Positions 8,016 through 13,583 of a stretch of 15,037 nucleotides of DNA are shown in pieces. The translations under genes and the position numbers were made by a program. Each line of letters opens with the position of its first letter. The stretch's first letter is position 1. The DNA lies in assembly GCA_031372065.1 (NCBI GenBank), contig JANMKN010000228.1:1-15037 (forward strand), written 5' to 3'. Source of the DNA: Abditibacteriaceae bacterium (GTDB taxonomy: Bacteria > Armatimonadota > Abditibacteriia > Abditibacteriales > Abditibacteriaceae). Under the pieces are notes generated by a model. That model worked only from the letters and a program-made list of their open reading frames with translations, was not told the DNA's origin and made no database searches.

Positions 8016-10463
8016 TTACTTCGTTTTCAATCTTAAAATCGTGAAGGAATGCGCGGGAAACGTGTGGGCGAAATTCGCTTTCACGTCATTGACGTTTTCT
8101 TCGCGCGGCACAACTTTGCCGGGCGCTTGCAGCGAGTTTTCATCACCGGGCGCGCCGCTTAAAACAAGGGCTTTGCCCATTGTTGCCACTAAGTCAACTC
8201 CGCGCAAGTTGATGTTGGCGACGCAAGCTTCATTAGTCGGGTTCACTACATCGAGAATCACTTCGCCGTTTTTTTCATCGCGGCCCGCGACGGCATAAAG
8301 CGATGTTACTGGCTTGCGTTCGCCTTGCTGCACCAATTTGCCATTGAGATAAGCCTTGACTGTGGCGCCTTTGAGTTCGATGCGCACATCATACCAACGA
8401 TTGTCTTCAATTTTGCCCGGAATGCGTTCGGCCTGTCCGGTTAAATCAAGGCCATGCAAGGTGTTGTTCCATCCGCCCAAATTCCACACGCCCACGCCGC
8501 TGTCATTGCGCGCGAAAAAGATCATAAAGCCTTCTTTGCCGCCAGTTTTGCGCGCCTTTAAAGACAACGTGTAATCGCTCCACGTTGGGTCACCGGCAAA
8601 ATAAGAGACATCCGGCGCTTCGGCGCTTTGCTGCAAAACGCCGCCTTCGGCTTTCCATTCGCCGTTATGTTGCTCCCAACCGTTTAAGCTGCTCAAATCG
8701 GCGCGCCAAATGGTTTTGCCGTCTTTGATGACTTCGATGTCTTTGAATTCGGCCTTGCTGTTCCATGTCCCGACGCCGATGCCGCCGGTAAAGGGCGCGT
8801 TTTGGACGCCGCTATCAAGTTGCAGCGGCAAAACGTGGTCGGGGCGGTTGGTGCCATACATTTGCTGAACATAATACGACGGCGAACCGTAGGAATTTTC
8901 GTTGTCGAACCAGATTAAATCGGGCGTCCATTGTGTGTTGCCGATTTTGGCGAACAGCGGCGCGTAGGACGCCATCGAAACCACATCAGCGTTGCGCACA
9001 AGGCCGGTCATAAACGCCGCTTCCGCAAGGGCCGCTTCCAAATTATTGCGCTTGCCGTTGGTGTGCGCCGCGAATTCGCCCGCGAAAACTTTGGCGCCTT
9101 TGCGGTCATAGTTGTCGTAGCGATGATCGTTGCTGAGGAACCACTGCGGCGCGCGGTAGTAATGCTCGTCCACGATTTCGGCAGGCGTGCCGTTTTTGAA
9201 TTTGTCCCACGCATAACGCCAATGGTCATCATCTACGCCCGGCCCCGCCGTGGTAACAATCGTCATTTCGGGATAGCGCGCTTTGATGGCTTTTTGGAAA
9301 ATCGGATAGCGCTCGAAATACGGCGCGTCCCATTGTTCGTTGCCCACACCCATGTATTTCAAATTGAACGGCGCCGGATGGCCCATATCCGCGCGCACTT
9401 TGCCCCACTTGCTATTGACGGGGCCGTTGGCGAATTCGATTAAATCAAGCGCGTCCTGCACAAAGGGGTCAAGTTCGGCAAGGGGCACGAGTTCCTTGCT
9501 TTGAAACTGGCAGGCCATGCCGCAATTGAGAATCGGCACCGGCTCGGCACCGATGTCTTCGCACAATTGAAAATACTCGAAGAATCCCAGCCCGTAGGTC
9601 TGATAATATTGCAGCGCTTTGGGTTCGACGGCATCCTGCCAGCGATTCCAGTTTTGCGGGCGCGTTGCCACATCGCCGATGGTGTCTTTCCAGCGATAGG
9701 CATTGGAAAGCACTTTACCTTCCACGATGCAGCCGCCGGGAAAGCGCATGAAACCGGGTTTCATATCGGCCAATTTTTGCGCGAGGTCGGCGCGCATTCC
9801 GTTGCGGCGATTTTTAAAAGTGTTGCGCGGAAACAGCGAAACCATATCCAAATCAACCGTTCCGGCACCATCGGCCAAAATCACTAAATGCGCTTTGGCC
9901 GATGTGGATTTCGCCGTAAATTCGCCTTCGTAGCGAAACCATTGAGGCGAAAGTTTGCTGCTGTGAACTTCACCCACAACAGCGCCGTTTTCGTCTTCGA
10001 GAACGGCGCGCAAGCCGCCGCCGTAATTGATGCCGCGCGCGTAAACCGAAAATAAATACTTCTCGCCCGCTTTAAGAGGAATGCCATCCCAGCCAATGTT
10101 GGCAACGCCGAAACCCTGCCCGGCGTTGGCGATTTGCAAGCGTGCGAAATGCGTGTTCTTGGCATTGAGCGGCGCTTCGTCGGCAATCGTCATGGTGCCT
10201 TGCCCGCCGCGATTGACATTCGACCACGCGTATAAATTTTCGGCGTGTTCAAACGAGCGATTTTGAATCAACTCAGCGTATAAGCCGCCATCGGCGCCGT
10301 AGTTGATGTCCTCGAAAAAGATGCCGTGCATCGTCGGGCTGACTTTGGCGCCCGCTTGATTCACGTCAATCGTCAAATTCGCCGTCTGCGCGTTCGCGCC
10401 TTGCGAACCAGTTGCGAAAGTCATGGCTAAAAGTCCTGTGGTGAGGGAGTTCTTGATGTGCAT
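8016..10463 (-). CDS. Alpha-L-arabinofuranosidase, GH51, with inserted beta-sandwich domains
   Basis: GIFFEDINYGADGGLYAELIQNRSFE, RFPGGCIVEG, GVGNEQW (acid/base Glu), DEHYY, FAGEFA (nucleophile Glu) and SYAPLF are present, with an N-terminal signal peptide. Confidence 0.95.
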   Translation of the reverse strand: MHIKNSLTTGLLAMTFATGSQGANAQTANLTIDVNQAGAKVSPTMHGIFFEDINYGADGGLYAELIQNRSFEHAENLYAWSNVNRGGQGTMTIADEAPLNAKNTHFARLQIANAGQGFGVANIGWDGIPLKAGEKYLFSVYARGINYGGGLRAVLEDENGAVVGEVHSSKLSPQWFRYEGEFTAKSTSAKAHLVILADGAGTVDLDMVSLFPRNTFKNRRNGMRADLAQKLADMKPGFMRFPGGCIVEGKVLSNAYRWKDTIGDVATRPQNWNRWQDAVEPKALQYYQTYGLGFFEYFQLCEDIGAEPVPILNCGMACQFQSKELVPLAELDPFVQDALDLIEFANGPVNSKWGKVRADMGHPAPFNLKYMGVGNEQWDAPYFERYPIFQKAIKARYPEMTIVTTAGPGVDDDHWRYAWDKFKNGTPAEIVDEHYYRAPQWFLSNDHRYDNYDRKGAKVFAGEFAAHTNGKRNNLEAALAEAAFMTGLVRNADVVSMASYAPLFAKIGNTQWTPDLIWFDNENSYGSPSYYVQQMYGTNRPDHVLPLQLDSGVQNAPFTGGIGVGTWNSKAEFKDIEVIKDGKTIWRADLSSLNGWEQHNGEWKAEGGVLQQSAEAPDVSYFAGDPTWSDYTLSLKARKTGGKEGFMIFFARNDSGVGVWNLGGWNNTLHGLDLTGQAERIPGKIEDNRWYDVRIELKGATVKAYLNGKLVQQGERKPVTSLYAVAGRDEKNGEVILDVVNPTNEACVANINLRGVDLVATMGKALVLSGAPGDENSLQAPGKVVPREENVNDVKANFAHTFPAHSFTILRLKTK

Positions 10464-10579
10464 AATGTTTTTTCAAATGCGGTGACAACAGTGGGGAGAA
10501 TTGGCTTACGCTCAGAGTTTATAAAAGAGTGACACAATAGGGGCACAGGGCATGGCTAAGTGCGGTATTGTCGTTTGAC

Positions 10580-10608
10580 GTGACATATTCGCGAGTGTCT
10601 GGTTTAAT
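10580..10608 (+). promoter_or_regulatory. Possible sigma70 promoter for the anti-TRAP-like gene
   Basis: GTGACA (10580-10585), a 17-bp spacer, then TTTAAT (10603-10608) preceded by TGn. The -10 lacks the conserved A at position 2. Confidence 0.35.
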
Positions 10609-10666
10609 ACCTTACTGTAGTCCGCGCCTTTGTGGCGTGCAACGCTTTTACGACGAGGGAATGAAA

Positions 10667-10882
10667 ATGGAACTAAAGTTAGAAGATTTGATGATTGATT
10701 GCGATGTCTGCCAAGGGACTGGAAAAGTTCGGAATCCTAAAGTTGGTAAAGTTCCTAATCAAATTGGACCTGAAACAGTGGAGTGTGAGAAATGTAAGGG
10801 CAAAGGTGTCCTTCTAACCGAAAGCGGAAAGACTTTGCTTCGGTTTATTCAACAGGCAAAAGCAAAGTCTCTCCCATATTAG
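10667..10882 (+). CDS. Anti-TRAP (RtpA)-like small zinc-finger protein, 71 aa
   Basis: MELKLEDLMIDCDVCQGTG...CEKCKGKGVLLTESGKTLLRFIQQ has two CxxCxGxG motifs, an N-terminal xxDL segment and the LTxxGxTLLxFIQ helix characteristic of Bacillus anti-TRAP (sequence recalled from memory). GAGGGA at 10655-10660 fits ATG10667. ATG10661 is an alternative start. Confidence 0.75.
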   Translation: MELKLEDLMIDCDVCQGTGKVRNPKVGKVPNQIGPETVECEKCKGKGVLLTESGKTLLRFIQQAKAKSLPY

Positions 10883-10900
10883 TCATTTGGGAAAACGGAT

Positions 10901-11554
10901 TCAGGCTTTTTTGGCGCTCCTGCCACTTGTTTTGGAGATTCGCGTTTGACCTGTTTTTGTTGTTTTCTTAGGCGGAGAAGGCTGCGTTCCAATTTTTGCT
11001 AATTTTGCATTAGCGGCTCTTGTTCGCTGCGCTTTCAATTGTCTGGACACTTTGATTAAGGTATCCAGTTTGTCCTGATAAGAAGCCGCGCTCATTGGAC
11101 TTTGGTTTATTTCTATTCCTACATCCTGAACAAATTGGTGTATATCTCCGGCTTTCTCACAGCTTAAAGCATTGTATTGTTTTAGAGGGTCTCGTATTAT
11201 GCTTCCAGTGGCACCAACAGCGAGAATCGGAAAAATTCTATTTTTGGCTCCAACCGAACTTGCATACATTCCATAGTCCTGAGTTGCGCCCCACCGTGCA
11301 CCGAGCTCAAAAAGCACATAAGCAGAATCCAAACTTATTTCGCTGAGAATGCCAATAAAAACGCGAGCTTGTTGGACTTCGCTACGCAACTCCCTTTCCG
11401 TGTCAGCGCCAGTCTTAAGTTTGTAACCGGCCACACTTGTGCAGCGAATTCTGTTTGGTTCAATGTGAAAGGCGTCACGCAGAAGATCAATTAAAGCTTT
11501 AGCAACTTTTTCATCGGCGCTACTGTGGCTAATAAAAATATCAATTTGACTCAT
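10901..11554 (-). CDS. Stand-alone TIR domain protein with Lys/Arg-rich C-terminal tail
   Basis: DIFISHSSAD (box 1), VFIGILSEISLDSAYVLFELGARW (Glu at the catalytic position of TIR NADases) and IFPIL are present. Confidence 0.9.
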   Translation of the reverse strand: MSQIDIFISHSSADEKVAKALIDLLRDAFHIEPNRIRCTSVAGYKLKTGADTERELRSEVQQARVFIGILSEISLDSAYVLFELGARWGATQDYGMYASSVGAKNRIFPILAVGATGSIIRDPLKQYNALSCEKAGDIHQFVQDVGIEINQSPMSAASYQDKLDTLIKVSRQLKAQRTRAANAKLAKIGTQPSPPKKTTKTGQTRISKTSGRSAKKA

Positions 11555-11555
11555 G

Positions 11556-11581
11556 TTTCATCACTCAATTTCATCACTCAA
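11556..11581. repeat. Perfect 13-bp tandem duplication (TTTCATCACTCAA x2)
   Basis: Copies at 11556-11568 and 11569-11581, immediately upstream of the TIR start codon. Confidence 0.9.
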
Positions 11582-11591
11582 ACTCATAGAG

Positions 11592-11620
11592 ATTATACTA
11601 TTCAATCTTAAATGAAACAA
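11592..11620 (-). promoter_or_regulatory. Sigma70-type promoter of the TIR gene
   Basis: Minus strand TTGTTT (11620-11615), a 17-bp spacer, then a perfect TATAAT (11597-11592). Confidence 0.65.
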
Positions 11621-11652
11621 AAAACGAACGGTTCGCACGAATCCAACCAAAC

Positions 11653-11686
11653 CGCGCCCTTTTCATCTTTCAATGAAAAGGGCGCG
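11653..11686 (-). terminator. Hairpin, probable terminator of the helical+Fn3 gene
   Basis: Perfect 14-bp stem CGCGCCCTTTTCAT / ATGAAAAGGGCGCG with a 6-nt loop, 24 bp past the stop. The U-tract is weak (GTTTGGTT). Confidence 0.7.
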
Positions 11687-11710
11687 TTTAGGTTTGGGGC
11701 CACCGTTTGA

Positions 11711-12631
11711 TTACGTCACTTCGATTGTGGCGACGGGCGAGTGGGGGCCGCTGCCGACTTGGTTGACGCCGCAATAGGTGATTTCGTAGGCGCCGGGCGC
11801 GAGGCCGGTGAGCGTGGTTTGGTCTAAAACGCGGTTGGTGACGCGGGGGGCGGGTTCGGGGCTGCCCGCGAGACGTGCGAAGACGAAACAGGCATCGGCG
11901 CGTCGGGATAATTCCAGATTCGTCACGCGCGCCGTGCCGCCACCTAAGACTTCGACTGTCGGCGCGGTGGCGGGCGATTCGGGTGTTTCGGGGTCGGCGG
12001 GGCGGCTCAGATCGAAATTCCACCAGCGCGTGTCGTCCTCGCCCAATTCTTCGTCGAGTTCGTCCACCAAGCCGATAAACGCCTTGCGTGCCGCTTTGTA
12101 GGCGTCGTCGCGGTTGTCTTTGGCAGTTTGCCTCACTCCGGCGGCGCTGTTGACGGCTTCTAAAACGTCGTTCCACTCGTCTATCAGCGTGTTGGCCCGC
12201 GCCACGGTCAAGCCTTTGCCCGCGTTGACCAACGCGGCGTTTTCCGCCAGCACAATGGGAATGCGCTCAAGGATAGTGATGCGGTCTTGGGCTTGGCGTG
12301 GGATTTCCGTGGAGTTGTCGGGAAAGCCCGCCAACTGATAAATCGCATGATAACCGTTGCCCAGTTCATAAACGATGGCGCTCTTGAAAGTCTTGATGAA
12401 AGCCTCAATTTCATCGTCTTTCTTGGAGCGGTCATTTTCGCGGTCATGCCACGCGATTTCGGCCTGATCATAGGCGTATTCGGTGTCAAATAGGTTTTGT
12501 TTCGCCGAATTAAGGCGCGTGGCGGCGTGTTTGAGATTGAGCGTTGCACCATGCAGTGCGGCTCCGATAGCGGCTTTGCCAAGCGCCTGTTGCAATTTGT
12601 TGGAATCTTCGGGTGCAGGATTGCCTGCCAT
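11711..12631 (-). CDS. Uncharacterised 306-aa protein: helical N-terminal region, Pro-rich linker, C-terminal fibronectin type III-like domain
   Basis: Strong AAGGAGA RBS (12643-12637). Amphipathic helical segments lead to RWWNFDLSRP and PADPETPESPATAP. The end has an Fn3 signature, LTGLAPGAYEITYCGVNQVGSGPHS. No signal peptide is visible. Confidence 0.8.
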   Translation of the reverse strand: MAGNPAPEDSNKLQQALGKAAIGAALHGATLNLKHAATRLNSAKQNLFDTEYAYDQAEIAWHDRENDRSKKDDEIEAFIKTFKSAIVYELGNGYHAIYQLAGFPDNSTEIPRQAQDRITILERIPIVLAENAALVNAGKGLTVARANTLIDEWNDVLEAVNSAAGVRQTAKDNRDDAYKAARKAFIGLVDELDEELGEDDTRWWNFDLSRPADPETPESPATAPTVEVLGGGTARVTNLELSRRADACFVFARLAGSPEPAPRVTNRVLDQTTLTGLAPGAYEITYCGVNQVGSGPHSPVATIEVT

Positions 12632-12680
12632 GATTTTCTCCTTCGGTATTTTGCTAAAAGAGCAGTCGGTAAGGCTAAAA

Positions 12681-12823
12681 AGCAGGTCGGAAGCCTCGCG
12701 TGAGTCCCACGCGAGGCTCTGGAGCAGGTCGGAAGCCTTGCGTGAGACTCACCTGAGGCTTCCTAGCACGTCGGCAGCCTCAGGTGAGACTCACGCGAGC
12801 CTTTCCAGCACGTCGGCAGCCTC
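12681..12823. repeat. 42-bp tandem array (3 full units + 1 partial) of internally palindromic units
   Basis: U1 at 12681: AGCAGGTCGGAAGCCTCGCGTGAGTCCCACGCGAGGCTCTGG. U2 at 12723: AGCAGGTCGGAAGCCTTGCGTGAGACTCACCTGAGGCTTCCT. U3 at 12765: AGCACGTCGGCAGCCTCAGGTGAGACTCACGCGAGCCTTTCC. U4 at 12807: AGCACGTCGGCAGCCTC. Confidence 0.95.
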
Positions 12824-12922
12824 AAAAAGGACGAAAATGCCGCTTTGGAGCCGATTTGGGCCTTTTCAGAGGCGTTTTTCGCTGCTGTTGGGCTAAAGTG
12901 AGATCAAAGTGGCCCAAATTCC

Positions 12923-12952
12923 AATGTAGCAAATCTCAAATGGGTTGGGCAA
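12923..12952 (-). promoter_or_regulatory. Putative extended -10 promoter upstream of the repeat array and Fn3 gene
   Basis: Minus strand TTGCCC (12952-12947), an 18-bp spacer ending in TGn, then TACATT (12928-12923). Confidence 0.5.
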
Positions 12953-12959
12953 GGGCAGA

Positions 12960-13021
12960 GTAGGGGGCACGCTACGGGGTGCCCCAACGAATAAAAAGGG
13001 CACGCCGTAGCGTGCCCTTAC
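12960..13021. repeat. Inverted pair of GTAG-type REP-like palindromes; the second probably also terminates the VOC gene
   Basis: Plus copy: GTAGGGGGCACGCTACGGGGTGCCCCAAC (12960-12988). Minus copy: GTAAGGGCACGCTACGGCGTGCCC followed by TTTTTATT (from 13021). Confidence 0.7.
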
Positions 13022-13024
13022 CAA

Positions 13025-13525
13025 TTAACCATCATACGCCTGTTTGATGGCGGCGATGTCGATCTTCTTCATTTGCATCATGGCTTTCATGGAGCGCTGC
13101 GATTTTTCGGAGTGCGGGTCGCCGGTGAGTTCCAAGAGTTCTTCGGGGAAAACCTGCCACGACAAGCCGTATTTATCTTTGAGCCAGCCGCATTGCTGTG
13201 CGTTTTCATCGCCGCCTGCCGACAACTTTTCCCAATAATAATCGGCTTCTTCCTGCGTCGCACAGCGCACTTGAAACGAAATCGCTTCGCTGAATTTGAA
13301 CGCTGGGCCACCGTTCAGGGCGGTGAATGTCTGACCTTCGATTTCAAAGTCCACCGTCATCACTTGACCTTCTGGCTGACCGTGAATCTCGAAACCTTCT
13401 TTGCCATAGTGCGTGATGCGCCCCAGCTTGGAATTCTTGAAAATCGAAGTGTAAAAGCGGGCTGCTTCTTCGGCTTGACCATCGAACCACAAACAAGTGG
13501 CGAGTTTTTGCGTGTTGATTGACAT
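13025..13525 (-). CDS. VOC family protein (PhnB / 3-demethylubiquinone-9 3-methyltransferase-like)
   Basis: CLWFDGQAEEAARFY, ALNGGPAFKFSEAISF, CGWLKDKYGLSWQV and MKAMMQMKKIDI are present. AAGGAGA at 13537-13531 supports ATG13525. Confidence 0.93.
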   Translation of the reverse strand: MSINTQKLATCLWFDGQAEEAARFYTSIFKNSKLGRITHYGKEGFEIHGQPEGQVMTVDFEIEGQTFTALNGGPAFKFSEAISFQVRCATQEEADYYWEKLSAGGDENAQQCGWLKDKYGLSWQVFPEELLELTGDPHSEKSQRSMKAMMQMKKIDIAAIKQAYDG

Positions 13526-13583
13526 TGTGTTCTCCTTGCCTTCCGTAAAGCGCAAAGCCGATGCCCGATTGGTGCTGATTATG

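Noticed and set aside
10568..10660. TTG-started extension of the zinc-finger ORF
   Set aside because: Anti-TRAP similarity and the RBS begin at 10661-10667, and the extension covers the candidate promoter.
11545..11600. TRAP-binding (G/U)AG repeat tract in the TIR leader
   Set aside because: There are only about four irregularly spaced GAG triplets. TRAP sites need many triplets with mostly 2-nt spacers.
11688..12176. Arg-rich 162-aa alternative-frame ORF
   Set aside because: It is an out-of-frame shadow of a GC-rich gene with no recognisable motifs.
10901..12631. Canonical Thoeris/CBASS operon formed by the TIR and Fn3 genes
   Set aside because: There are no SIR2, SLOG, Macro or cyclase motifs. 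A hairpin and a separate promoter lie between the genes, and their GC content differs.
12681..12823. CRISPR or TIGR-type guide array
   Set aside because: Units are contiguous, with only 1-4 nt variable patches and no unique spacers. No cas or Nop-domain gene is in the window.
12483..12896. Plus-strand 137-aa ORF through the repeats (SRSEASRESHARLW...)
   Set aside because: It overlaps the Fn3 gene antisense, has no evident RBS, and its Ser/Arg-rich composition is typical of shadow frames. Not fully excluded without Ribo-seq.
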